Virus record (IMG/VR): IMGVR_UViG_3300032272_000003
Location: 1-64,000 of that record
Reading direction: 5' to 3' (one strand)
Origin: a virus
DNA length: 64,000 bases
Shown here: positions 51,629-60,204 of the stretch, one piece after another
How positions within the stretch are numbered: the stretch's first letter is position 1
How the letters are laid out: the number at the start of each line of letters is the position of its first letter
Translations under genes and position numbers: made by a program
The notes under the pieces: model-generated
What the model saw: only the letters and a program-made list of their open reading frames with translations
The model's database searches: none
What the model was told of the DNA's origin: nothing

Positions 51629-52766
51629 CGATTGTAATGTGATCTGTTGCTCGTGTCACACCAGTGTAACGAAAGCGTTTCCGATCCCACCCATTAACCT
51701 TTTCATCCAAGAACAAAACATTCTTGTATTCACTGCCCTGGGCTTTGTGTACTGTTACAGCATAACCAAACGTGAAGAAGCCAACGGTACGATCATGAAA
51801 CCGTTCGTTCGGTGACTGTACTTCATCCCAGCAACCATTCGGTATCTGGATGTTATGTATTTCAAGTGATGGTCTGTCCAGAGATCGTATGCTGTAGGAG
51901 ATGGCTTGTTTGTAACCATCCTTCACTGTTGATAACGTAGATGCTGTCCCAACCCTGATGATTGTAAACCGCTCGCCGTTGAAGATACGGGTTCCGCTAT
52001 AGAATCCATTCTTGAGACACATGATGGTCTCGCCTTCTACCGGCATTTCGGTATGATATCCTTTAGCGACTCGCGCTAAAGAGTTTAAGCTGTTACGTTT
52101 TCTGTTAGTAGCACATAGCATTATATCAAAGTGGTTATCCATAAGTAAATGTTTGGTGACATTAGTGTCAAGAAAACGTACCTGTGATTTTCCTTTGTAT
52201 TTAGCCGCAGCGAACTTTCCTGTCTTCCTAACGTCTGTTGCAAGGGCGGTGATGGGGTTGCTGAGTGATGTACGAAGTACTTCAGACAACTCATAATCAG
52301 GTACCGACATGATGTTGAAGTCGTCGCCGTCCATCGATACCGCTGGTAGCTGCCAGAAGTCGCCAACGTATAAGATAGGGATGTTGTACCCCATGATGTC
52401 ATTGAAGATGGGTCGTGATAACATACTGGCCTCATCCATGATGATGGCGTCCGCGATCATGGTTTCTTGTTTCTCAAATCTGATTAGATTACCATCTTCA
52501 TCGAGGTCGGGTTTATACATGAGGGCATGTATTGTTGTAGCGTCTACACCCTTACCCTTCAATACGGATGATGCTTTGCCTGTAGGAGTAACCACTTTAT
52601 AGTCACACCCCAACTGCATTAGATGTGTTGATAATTCTTGAATGATGGTTGTCTTTCCTGTACCGGCTGGTCCGGCGAGAACATACCCTCTACTATCAGC
52701 ATTCAGAAAGAAATCGAAAGCGTTGTTTAATGCAATGTCCTGTTGTCCTGTTAGTTTGAATTGCAT
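51618..52766 (-). CDS. SF1B helicase (Dda/RecD-like)
   Basis: GPAGTGKTT, TPTGKA, DEASM, GDFWQL, YAVTVHKAQGSE. Confidence 0.92.
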   Translation of the reverse strand: MQFKLTGQQDIALNNAFDFFLNADSRGYVLAGPAGTGKTTIIQELSTHLMQLGCDYKVVTPTGKASSVLKGKGVDATTIHALMYKPDLDEDGNLIRFEKQETMIADAIIMDEASMLSRPIFNDIMGYNIPILYVGDFWQLPAVSMDGDDFNIMSVPDYELSEVLRTSLSNPITALATDVRKTGKFAAAKYKGKSQVRFLDTNVTKHLLMDNHFDIMLCATNRKRNSLNSLARVAKGYHTEMPVEGETIMCLKNGFYSGTRIFNGERFTIIRVGTASTLSTVKDGYKQAISYSIRSLDRPSLEIHNIQIPNGCWDEVQSPNERFHDRTVGFFTFGYAVTVHKAQGSEYKNVLFLDEKVNGWDRKRFRYTGVTRATDHITIVGG

Positions 52767-53353
52767 AAATCTTCTTCCACCTTGGCAATAACTAAATCCT
52801 CAACCTGGGCCAGAGACATATTCGACGTGTCGATTATATGTGCATCTGGATACAAGATGGGCGCGTTCAAGTGATAGGAGTCAACAATTCTCTGTAAGTT
52901 CAATATAAAGTAATCATCGAGTGTATCTAGCTTACCCCGGCGTTGTAAGCGGTCTGTCACGGTGTCTACATCGGCAGTCAATACGATGGCGCTGTCATAC
53001 TCTAATCGTGGCATACCGACCGCCATGAGGACGTTCATGAATGGTTTGAACTCCATTCCTTGGTACACCAGCGTTGATAGTAAGCTACGGTCACATACGA
53101 GGTTCCCAATGACCTTCAGCCTGTTGGCTTGTTTGATAACTTCCATATGACCTGCCAGGAATATCAACATCTTGGCATCATTGTCAATCCTAGTGTAACG
53201 CTTGATGATGTGTTGGTAAAGGTCTTCTGTAAAATTTGTTAAACCCTGTGGGGCATGAATGTATTTGGCATCCATTATCTTGGTGAGGTGGTTAGATATG
53301 CTCGTCTTCCCTGTCGCCTCAAATCCTTCAATTAGTACAAGTTTATTGTTCAT
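52751..53353 (-). CDS. tmk: thymidylate kinase
   Basis: IEGFEATGKTS, DR..LSTLVYQG. Confidence 0.85.
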   Translation of the reverse strand: MNNKLVLIEGFEATGKTSISNHLTKIMDAKYIHAPQGLTNFTEDLYQHIIKRYTRIDNDAKMLIFLAGHMEVIKQANRLKVIGNLVCDRSLLSTLVYQGMEFKPFMNVLMAVGMPRLEYDSAIVLTADVDTVTDRLQRRGKLDTLDDYFILNLQRIVDSYHLNAPILYPDAHIIDTSNMSLAQVEDLVIAKVEEDLCNSN

Positions 53354-53381
53354 AGAACCTCCAGTTATAATACTAGACACG

Positions 53382-53415
53382 AAAAAGCCACCAAAGTTCG
53401 CACTATGGTGGCTTT
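53382..53415 (-). terminator. intrinsic terminator
   Basis: AAAGCCACCA...TGGTGGCTTTT. Confidence 0.75.
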
Positions 53416-53450
53416 ATTTGTCGGGACACTACCCCGACTCAGGAGTAAAC

Positions 53451-54437
53451 CTATTTGACTAGAGATTTTAGTAGTTGATCGACTGATTTTGCAACACCAC
53501 GTTTGAAGCGTTGTTGTAACTCAACCTTATCTTCCATCTCGTCACTGATGTACTGATTCAGTGCTACAGTCACACGGTACATACTGTCTGACTTGTCATT
53601 GGTACGGATTGCACCAGAAGAATACAGATCACGAATCTTGATTCGATGTTGTTCACCCATACCGGCTTCCTTAGCGGTTTCTTCCAGCAGTTCCAGAGCA
53701 CCGTTACGGTCGAACTTCTTATCGAACATCAGGGCCATGGTAGGCATGATGTAATCGTTCCAGTTGTCGATCAACAGCTTCAGGGTTGGCACAAAGTTCA
53801 CCGTGCGGTCACCGATTGTGTTGGTATGACGTGCTGACAGGTTGTAGCTGGTGTTCAGGACTTCCATATCGACCTTAGTGGTCTTGTTATGGGCTACCAG
53901 ACTCATAGAGTGCTTACCCTTACCATCGACGCTTGTGCTGACTACCAGACGCATATCCAGTTCATCTGGTACACAGTTGGTGCTGTGCATACCTGGCAGC
54001 TCTACGGTGAGCATCTGTGAGCCACCGTTACCGCTAACATATAGGGTAGTGGGGCGAGACTGAAGACCGGACAGCTCAAGCTGTTCCTTGAGGTCTGCAT
54101 ACACATCTTTGGTTTGGACTGTGCCGTACAGATCGGTTACGGCTGAGATTGCTTGACGATTGCCATCACGAAGACGATCAACAACTACGAAGTTGAATCC
54201 AGTGAAGCGACCGGTGTTTGTTTCGCCTTCAGCACGTACTGTCTCGCCGTTGTCGTTATAAAGGCCGTTAACGATGTCTACTGGGTAATCAACAGTATCC
54301 ATTGCTACTTCCCAGGCGTTGCTGAAGGGGTCCAGGTCAACGATGATTTTATTCTCGATGAGAAAGTTGTTCTCGCTGGTGAGGCCGTTTGAAACTTCGT
54401 CTGCTGTGTTGAAACCAAGGTAAGTTTTAGCTTTCAT
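53451..54437 (-). CDS. DUF932/DUF945-like phage protein
   Basis: V...Y..VQ, TSVDG, RHT, helical C-terminus; own promoter and RBS. Confidence 0.55.
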   Translation of the reverse strand: MKAKTYLGFNTADEVSNGLTSENNFLIENKIIVDLDPFSNAWEVAMDTVDYPVDIVNGLYNDNGETVRAEGETNTGRFTGFNFVVVDRLRDGNRQAISAVTDLYGTVQTKDVYADLKEQLELSGLQSRPTTLYVSGNGGSQMLTVELPGMHSTNCVPDELDMRLVVSTSVDGKGKHSMSLVAHNKTTKVDMEVLNTSYNLSARHTNTIGDRTVNFVPTLKLLIDNWNDYIMPTMALMFDKKFDRNGALELLEETAKEAGMGEQHRIKIRDLYSSGAIRTNDKSDSMYRVTVALNQYISDEMEDKVELQQRFKRGVAKSVDQLLKSLVK

Positions 54438-54465
54438 AATTGTGTTCTCCTGTAAGTGAGATTAA

Positions 54466-54494
54466 ATAGTACCAGGGTCGATTTCAATTGTCAA
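54466..54494 (-). promoter_or_regulatory. sigma70-type promoter
   Basis: TTGACA-17-TACTAT. Confidence 0.75.
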
Positions 54495-55110
54495 CTAAAA
54501 CTTGTCTATATCATTCGTTAATAGTAAGTCCATCTCTTTCCTCAATTGTTCTACCTTAGCAATCACTATCTTAGACATACCCTCTGGGCACAGGACACCG
54601 TAAGGCTCTCGATAGTCTTTGCGTTTCTTCTTTGAACGAGGGAATGGAAATTTATTTGATTGCCACAGTGTCTTTATATAGCCTTTATGGTTCTTGGCCG
54701 TATAGTGGGGGAAGGTGGTGTCTACCAGAACAATCCTGACCTGGTTCATTATGTCATTGGGATTAAACTTCCCGGCGTCCTCTGGGTCCAAGACTACACT
54801 GTACTTCCTGACCATTATACACAGCATGACTACCCCTTGGTGATGGCGATAATGACTGCTACTGCGACAATGAATATAATCACACCAACAAAGATACCAA
54901 TTGCTCCGATGAACGGTAACATGAAGATGAACAGGACAATACCTACTATCAATCCAAGTAGCCACTCAATACCATTTCCGATCCAACGAAAGAACCTCTT
55001 AATTGCGGTCATTATTATCTCCTAGTTGATTTGATTGTACAGTAATGTGGAGGTTTTGTAAACCCCTTAACGAGGAAGGTGGCCAGAAAGGCCACCTTAA
55101 TTGCTGGAGG

Positions 55111-55458
55111 TTACTCGGTGGGTTTTACTGTTTTAGGCCGACCACGACCACGCTTCTTCGGTACTTCCACTACGGTGTTATCAACACTATTGGTTGGGTC
55201 GGTCTTCACTTCTGCTTTCTTCTGTGGCTTTGGTACAACCACAAACAGCTTATGATAGGCTTCGATTGCCAGGACACCGTTGTCCAAACGTGTATCACGC
55301 ATGTGTTTCAGCATGGTTCCACCTTTTGCTTCGATATCCACCAGGCGGTGATAATCGACTGCGGCCAGGTATTCGATTGGAATAACGATAGTGTTTTCAT
55401 CTCCATCTGCGATTACAAAAACCTGCTTAGCCTTACCTTTAATTTTAACTACTTGCAT
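55111..55458 (-). CDS. conserved hypothetical protein with AT-hook-like tail
   Basis: L.NG...L..YH motif; KKRGRGRPK. Confidence 0.6.
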   Translation of the reverse strand: MQVVKIKGKAKQVFVIADGDENTIVIPIEYLAAVDYHRLVDIEAKGGTMLKHMRDTRLDNGVLAIEAYHKLFVVVPKPQKKAEVKTDPTNSVDNTVVEVPKKRGRGRPKTVKPTE

Positions 55459-55469
55459 TGCTCACTCCT

Positions 55470-56333
55470 TTATAGTTTGAATGTCATCTTAAAAACTCTT
55501 GAATGTCTTCCCATATTGTTTTTCACATTCACTAGTTTATACTTGCCTAAAAACCTGACAACCTGTACAAATTTGAAAGATTGTCCGTTACTTGCTATGT
55601 TATTTATAGCTTCTACAACTGACTCCTTAATATGATCAGGTTGGCGGCTAAGATCGATCAACTCACGGTTGAATTCGAAGTTCTCCTTCACAGTCTTTCC
55701 GTCTTTCAAGATGTGCCCCATTAGGTTCACCATCTCCAGGCCATCGTCCCACGCTTTTTTCAATCGTGTTTCTCGAACTCGTGGGTATGCTGAGAAGATG
55801 TTATCACCACTGTCACCACGAATACACTTGATGAACAGGTCATATTTAGGGTTGTCGGATATACGTTCAAGCTTCAGTGATGGTGCATACAATCTCACAC
55901 GATCATTAAGCAACTGTACAAAGTCTTTGTCGCTGGAGATGATCACACTCTTCTGAGTGCTCATCTTGGTTGCAAATGCTATGATGTCATCAGCCTCGGC
56001 ACCCTCGACATTCAAGGTTGGGATGTTAGTTGATTCCCTAAAGAAAGTCATTAAGTCTTCCATCACCTCTATCATCTGGGCCTTATGTTCGTGTTCTTCA
56101 CGCTTGCCTTTATATTCTGGATACAGTTCGTCACGTCTCCAGTTCTTTCTACCGTCACATGCGATTAATAGACCAGAAGCAGAGAACTTTTCAACTGAGA
56201 ACAGGATGTCGTTCAGTATCTTCTGGATGATCAGTGATTGGGAGAACTCACCATTGGTGTCTTTCATTGTCGCAAAGTACGATGCATACACCAGGTTGGA
56301 TAAATCTACTATCAGGTTTGTTGGTTTTGCCAT
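55470..56333 (-). CDS. T4 RNase H-like 5'-3' exonuclease
   Basis: WRR...YP.YK..R, EADDII, SSDKDF.QL, GDSGDNI. Confidence 0.92.
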   Translation of the reverse strand: MAKPTNLIVDLSNLVYASYFATMKDTNGEFSQSLIIQKILNDILFSVEKFSASGLLIACDGRKNWRRDELYPEYKGKREEHEHKAQMIEVMEDLMTFFRESTNIPTLNVEGAEADDIIAFATKMSTQKSVIISSDKDFVQLLNDRVRLYAPSLKLERISDNPKYDLFIKCIRGDSGDNIFSAYPRVRETRLKKAWDDGLEMVNLMGHILKDGKTVKENFEFNRELIDLSRQPDHIKESVVEAINNIASNGQSFKFVQVVRFLGKYKLVNVKNNMGRHSRVFKMTFKL

Positions 56334-56334
56334 A

Positions 56335-56787
56335 TTATTCCCCGTCGTTGAATAGGTTGTCGTCGCTGTTGTCTTCGAATGACATTACAAACTGTTCGGA
56401 AGCTTCGTTCGCCAATACTACCAGTGCATAATGCACAAGGGTTTTGTCGATGGCTTCGGCACCTTTGATGACGTTATTCTTGACCATCACCGGTACGAAT
56501 TCTGGACTCACTTTAGAATCGATCTTCACACCCATAGCATTATCGAATGTGAATGTGATACTCGCCTGGATTTCTTTAGGCTCTTCTTGTTTGACAACTT
56601 CATCGTTGATTGGTTCAGATTCACTGGCCAAGGCAGCATCGAATAATGGTTCGACTGAGTAATCTTCAAGGGGTAGGTCCACTTCGTCGTCCTCTTCTAA
56701 TATATCACTCATAGTGGGGTTGGTTGGTTCCGGTCTTATTTCTTGCTCGGGATATATCCCAAGTAATTTGAGTAAAAAGCTGAACAT
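56335..56787 (-). CDS. acidic hypothetical protein
   Basis: 150 aa, GGAGG RBS. Confidence 0.6.
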   Translation of the reverse strand: MFSFLLKLLGIYPEQEIRPEPTNPTMSDILEEDDEVDLPLEDYSVEPLFDAALASESEPINDEVVKQEEPKEIQASITFTFDNAMGVKIDSKVSPEFVPVMVKNNVIKGAEAIDKTLVHYALVVLANEASEQFVMSFEDNSDDNLFNDGE

Positions 56788-56870
56788 AATGTCCTCCTTC
56801 TTTAATAGACAACAGCCCGAGACAAAAGTTCCGGGCTGTTGATATGGACGTGCTTATTTAGTGGGTCTGC

Positions 56871-57212
56871 TTACTGCCAGACATATCCACCGGCACTGTT
56901 ACGCTTACCGGCCAGGACACGCTTGATGTCGTTGGCACGGACACCCAGGACTTGATAGGCTAGTTTGGTATTTGCAAAGGCATACACTTCACCAGTGGTG
57001 AGGTTGGTGCCGACCACGTTCGCATCAGAAGGTACATCTTCAGTGAGGATGAAACGGCTTTCACCAGCAAATGGAATTGTACCATGGGCTGCTTTGTTGA
57101 TTTGGCTGACTACGATACCTGTTGCTTCGGCTGCGATTGATTGTGATGGGAAGAAAGCTACAAAATTACCGTCGAGGTCATATTGAGCTACTGGGATTCT
57201 GCGTCTTGACAT
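56871..57212 (-). CDS. NUMOD1-repeat DNA-binding protein without nuclease
   Basis: V.QYDLDG.F...F.S...A and second repeat ending SAGGYVW. Confidence 0.7.
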   Translation of the reverse strand: MSRRRIPVAQYDLDGNFVAFFPSQSIAAEATGIVVSQINKAAHGTIPFAGESRFILTEDVPSDANVVGTNLTTGEVYAFANTKLAYQVLGVRANDIKRVLAGKRNSAGGYVWQ

Positions 57213-57310
57213 AATAAATTCTCCTATGGTTAATGTCTTGATTTGTGCCGGGCGCATTTTGCTCGGCTACAACGTTAGACAATACACCAGATAAAAGTTC
57301 CATCAGAAAT

Positions 57311-57334
57311 AAAAAAAGAGGCCGAAGCCTCTTT
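57311..57334. terminator. intrinsic terminator
   Basis: AAAAGAGGC-CGAA-GCCTCTTTT. Confidence 0.85.
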
Positions 57335-57684
57335 TACATGTTCATAGCCTTAAGCCCGTACAACCCACATTCTTTGTAGAATTCAATCATCTCCAAAAGA
57401 GTTTTTGTGTCAGCTCCGTATATTGCTCCGTTTTTTAGGCGGAACAACAACTCATCAACACTCGTTTCTTCTGGTTCCCATTGACCCTCAAGTCCATAAC
57501 AAGAACAATGACTGGCATGTACTTCATAGAGTTTGTCATCTTTGACGAACAACACGAATGCTGCTCCTTCATAATGTTCAAACTCATACGATGCATACGC
57601 CATCGTTACTCTTGCTAAGTCCTGTGGTGTTATTTGGAACTCAGCTACTACATCATCAACACTATTAAAATCACCTTGGTACAT
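57334..57684 (-). CDS. conserved phage hypothetical protein
   Basis: YEG.A, SHCSCYGLEGQWEPEET motif. Confidence 0.7.
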   Translation of the reverse strand: MYQGDFNSVDDVVAEFQITPQDLARVTMAYASYEFEHYEGAAFVLFVKDDKLYEVHASHCSCYGLEGQWEPEETSVDELLFRLKNGAIYGADTKTLLEMIEFYKECGLYGLKAMNM

Positions 57685-57771
57685 TTCACTATCTCCTATG
57701 TTAAGTATACATAAGTCAATAGTTTGTGTTGATGTCTGACATTAAACCACGAATGGCTTAGGTTGTCAAAT

Positions 57772-57844
57772 TGGCCCGCCACCAGGGAATCGAACCCCGC
57801 ACAGCGAAGTTTGGAATCTCGCTTGGTACCCAAGACCGTAGCGG
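57772..57844 (-). tRNA. tRNA-Trp(CCA), atypical D-arm
   Basis: TT-CCA-AA loop, GTTCGATTC T-loop, encoded CCA. Confidence 0.7.
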
Positions 57845-57851
57845 AAGCGGA

Positions 57852-58103
57852 TTAATCGGTTGCACCGTCCTTGGCATCGAATGTGATTCGTGTGCCGGTT
57901 TTCAGTACCTTACATATTGTTGCATACGTGCCATTATCTAGCTTGATGACTGACATGCCTTTACTATCACAACTGTGCCAATGCTTCGACGTGAAGTTCA
58001 TCGTCACTGTTGCATTATGTTCTGCCGCATTGGCCACGGTAAACATAAACAGTCCTAATACGAATACCAATACATACGGCCATATACTTTCAGATATTTT
58101 CAC
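57852..58103 (-). CDS. small secreted hypothetical protein
   Basis: Signal peptide ending ANA; GGAGG RBS. Confidence 0.6.
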   Translation of the reverse strand: MKISESIWPYVLVFVLGLFMFTVANAAEHNATVTMNFTSKHWHSCDSKGMSVIKLDNGTYATICKVLKTGTRITFDAKDGATD

Positions 58104-58149
58104 AACATCCTCCTTTATGGATCAAACCCTGGGCTTACTGGGTCTTGCC

Positions 58150-58272
58150 TCATACACCCATACCTTCATCAGGATTCATACCCTTTTCGTCTGGTGTAAT
58201 TATAAAGTCTTCTTCGTCGCGGGTAATACCTCCACCAGCACCGCTAGACAACTCTTTTGTACTTAATTTCAT
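58150..58272 (-). CDS. 40-aa peptide with double-glycine-like leader (not in ORF track)
   Basis: AGGAG RBS; MKLSTKELSSGAGG-GITRDEED... Confidence 0.5.
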   Translation of the reverse strand: MKLSTKELSSGAGGGITRDEEDFIITPDEKGMNPDEGMGV

Positions 58273-58290
58273 GTTACTTCTCCTGTTGTT

Positions 58291-58363
58291 TGGAGCGGAT
58301 AGAGGGATTCGAACCCTCACTACACGGTTTGGAAGACCGGCGACTCACCTCAAGCTTATCCGC
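58291..58363 (-). tRNA. tRNA-Gly(TCC)
   Basis: CT-TCC-AA loop, GCGGATA/TATCCGC acceptor, TCCA end. Confidence 0.85.
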
Positions 58364-58369
58364 ATTGTT

Positions 58370-58445
58370 TGGTACCCGGAGTTGGTATCGAACCAACCAC
58401 CTCACCCTTATCAGGGGTGCGCTCTACCATCTGAGCTATCCGGGT
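58370..58445 (-). tRNA. tRNA-Ile(GAT)
   Basis: Canonical cloverleaf, CT-GAT-AA. Confidence 0.95.
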
Positions 58446-58446
58446 G

Positions 58447-58520
58447 CACCCTTGGCAGGAGTCGAACCCGCGAATGGGAGGATAGAAGCCTCCTGCCTTA
58501 GTCCACTTGGCGACAAGGGT
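58447..58520 (-). tRNA. tRNA-Arg(TCT)
   Basis: GGAGG-CTTCTAT-CCTCC; CCA not encoded. Confidence 0.88.
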
Positions 58521-58525
58521 ATTTA

Positions 58526-58602
58526 TGGTGGTAATGGTTGGAATCGAACCAACGACCTTCTGGGCTTCACGCAGACACTCTTCCGACCTGAGTTACATTA
58601 CC
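58526..58602 (-). tRNA. tRNA-Phe(GAA)
   Basis: GT-GAA-GC loop, ACCA end. Confidence 0.85.
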
Positions 58603-58608
58603 TTAATT

Positions 58609-58683
58609 TGGTGCCCAATCCACGAATCGAACGTGATTCTGCGGGTTACAAATCCGCTGCATCGCCAGCAATGCTTATCGGGC
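58609..58683 (-). tRNA. tRNA-Thr(TGT)
   Basis: TT-TGT-AA loop. Confidence 0.88.
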
Positions 58684-58760
58684 TGGCACCCTTGGAGAGA
58701 CTTGAACTCCCGACAACTCTGCTTCGTAGGCAGATGCTCTTCCAACTGAGCTACAAGGGT
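58684..58760 (-). tRNA. tRNA-Arg(ACG)
   Basis: CT-ACG-AA loop. Confidence 0.93.
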
Positions 58761-58767
58761 ATAAATT

Positions 58768-58842
58768 TGGGGTGACCACGGGTATCGAACCCTGTCTGAG
58801 ATATTCACAGTATCTCGTGCTAACCATTACACTATAATCACC
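58768..58842 (-). tRNA. tRNA-His(GTG)
   Basis: CT-GTG-AA loop, G-1:C73. Confidence 0.92.
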
Positions 58843-58854
58843 ACACTACTAATG

Positions 58855-58929
58855 CATCACTGACGGGACTCGAACCCGCATCTGCCAGATTGAAAGTCTG
58901 GTGTTCTATTCCAATTAAACTACAGTGAT
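58855..58929 (-). tRNA. tRNA-Glu(TTC)
   Basis: CT-TTC-AA loop; CCA not encoded. Confidence 0.88.
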
Positions 58930-58933
58930 AAAT

Positions 58934-59011
58934 TGGCTGGTAGAGTCGGACTCGAACCGACCTCATTCTCCGTTAACAGCGGAGCGCACTCGCCTGGAAC
59001 GCTATCTACCA
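58934..59011 (-). tRNA. tRNA-Asn(GTT)
   Basis: CT-GTT-AA loop, GCCA end. Confidence 0.88.
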
Positions 59012-59151
59012 ATAAATCTTCAAGTGAGTATTCCTATTTAGAAGACTTCGCCCTCACTTACGGCGTCTTTATCTATTTGGGAGCTGGGCACCACCCCCAG
59101 CAACTCCCGGCTAAACGCCAGGTCGGTTATCTTACCATACATCCCAAATCT

Positions 59152-59226
59152 TGGTGGGCCTGGGGAGTTTCGAAATCCCGACCCAGCGATTATGAGTCGC
59201 TTGCTCTGCCTCTGAGCTACAGGCCC
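59152..59226 (-). tRNA. tRNA-Ile2(CAT), lysidine type
   Basis: AGCGA-CTCATAA-TCGCT arm resembling bacterial Ile2. Confidence 0.8.
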
Positions 59227-59229
59227 AAT

Positions 59230-59418
59230 TGGTAGCGAACCTTGGTCATGACCCAAGCCTCCCAGCTAATGAGCCGGTGAGTTAATTCGCATCAATACGG
59301 CGAGGGGAACGTGGTTATTAATATTACCAGATACACCCTCTAAATTCGTTGGACTTATGGGATTGCCCTGCCATCGTTGTTTAGTGTAGCAGCCAAATTA
59401 TGAGTCTCGCTATTCGCT
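59230..59418 (-). ncRNA. extended tRNA-like RNA (189 nt)
   Basis: Acceptor AGCGAAT/GTTCGCT + ACCA, T-like arm CTTGG-GTCATGA-CCAAG, large insert; own promoter at 59437-59465. Confidence 0.65.
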
Positions 59419-59468
59419 ACACTTCAACTTAGATACATCTTCTCATATTCAGTTCAGTGTGTCAACCA

Positions 59469-59678
59469 CTAAATGTTTTTGTATATCGTGTTCTCAATCT
59501 GCCTCAGAGCGGTTTTCAAGCCATGTCTTGACATTCTACCTATTATACTATAAACAGTATCATCAGGTTCTTCACCATACATAGTAACAAAGAAATCTCT
59601 TTGATTGTCGGTGACCAATTCAATTAGTTCCGCCGCCTTCTCTCTCAAGATAACGGTGCTCATCTCTTCAGTTGTCAT
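59469..59678 (-). CDS. hypothetical protein within the tRNA cluster
   Basis: 69-aa ORF. Confidence 0.55.
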   Translation of the reverse strand: MTTEEMSTVILREKAAELIELVTDNQRDFFVTMYGEEPDDTVYSIIGRMSRHGLKTALRQIENTIYKNI

Positions 59679-59682
59679 AATT

Positions 59683-59766
59683 TGGTGCCCCAGGAGAGAT
59701 TCGAACTCTCAATCCTCTCGGCGCTGGTTTCTAAAACCAGTGTGTATACCGTTCCACCACCAGGGC
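59683..59766 (-). tRNA. tRNA-Leu(TAG)
   Basis: TT-TAG-AA loop, long variable arm. Confidence 0.92.
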
Positions 59767-59772
59767 ATTGTT

Positions 59773-59848
59773 TGGTAGCGAGTGTGTGAATCGAACACAC
59801 CTAAAGTGGAATATGAACCCACCGAGTTCACCAGAACTCTAACTCGCC
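59773..59848 (-). tRNA. tRNA-Met(CAT)
   Basis: GTGGG-TTCATAT-TCCAC; G1:U72. Confidence 0.85.
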
Positions 59849-59854
59849 ATAATT

Positions 59855-59929
59855 TGGTAGGACTGGAGAATTTCGAAATCTCGACTTGCCGGGTAAGAGC
59901 CGGGTGCTCTGCCTCTGAGCTACAATCCT
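59855..59929 (-). tRNA. tRNA-Lys(CTT)
   Basis: CT-CTT-AC loop. Confidence 0.88.
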
Positions 59930-59946
59930 ATAATCTATAATCTATT

Positions 59947-60024
59947 TGGTGGGACCGGAGAGATTTGAACTCTCGCGTTACCGGTTAAAAGCCGGATGCT
60001 CTGGCCAGACTGAGCTACGGTCCC
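59947..60024 (-). tRNA. tRNA-Lys(TTT)
   Basis: CT-TTT-AA loop. Confidence 0.92.
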
Positions 60025-60025
60025 T

Positions 60026-60099
60026 TGGAGATGAAGAGTGGAATCGAACCACCTTAAGTGGGTTTGCAATCCACCACATAACCATTCTGACACTTCACC
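60026..60099 (-). tRNA. tRNA-Cys(GCA)
   Basis: TT-GCA-AA loop, U73. Confidence 0.9.
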
Positions 60100-60108
60100 A
60101 CACTAAAT

Positions 60109-60198
60109 TGGAGGTAGGTGTGAGATTCGAACTCACGGAACGCTTTCACGTCCATCTAGTTAGCAACCAGGCACCTTAAACCACTCAGCCAACCTACC
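60109..60198 (-). tRNA. tRNA-Ser(GCT)
   Basis: TT-GCT-AA loop, long variable arm. Confidence 0.9.
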
Positions 60199-60204
60199 AC
60201 AAAT

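Noticed and set aside
58447-58520. Possible amber suppressor (CTA in the loop)
   Set aside because: The 5-bp stem places TCT at positions 34-36, giving Arg; TAG is also used as a normal stop in this window.
59230-59418. tmRNA
   Set aside because: No G3:U70, non-canonical T-loop, too short, and no tag ending in an Ala-rich degron.
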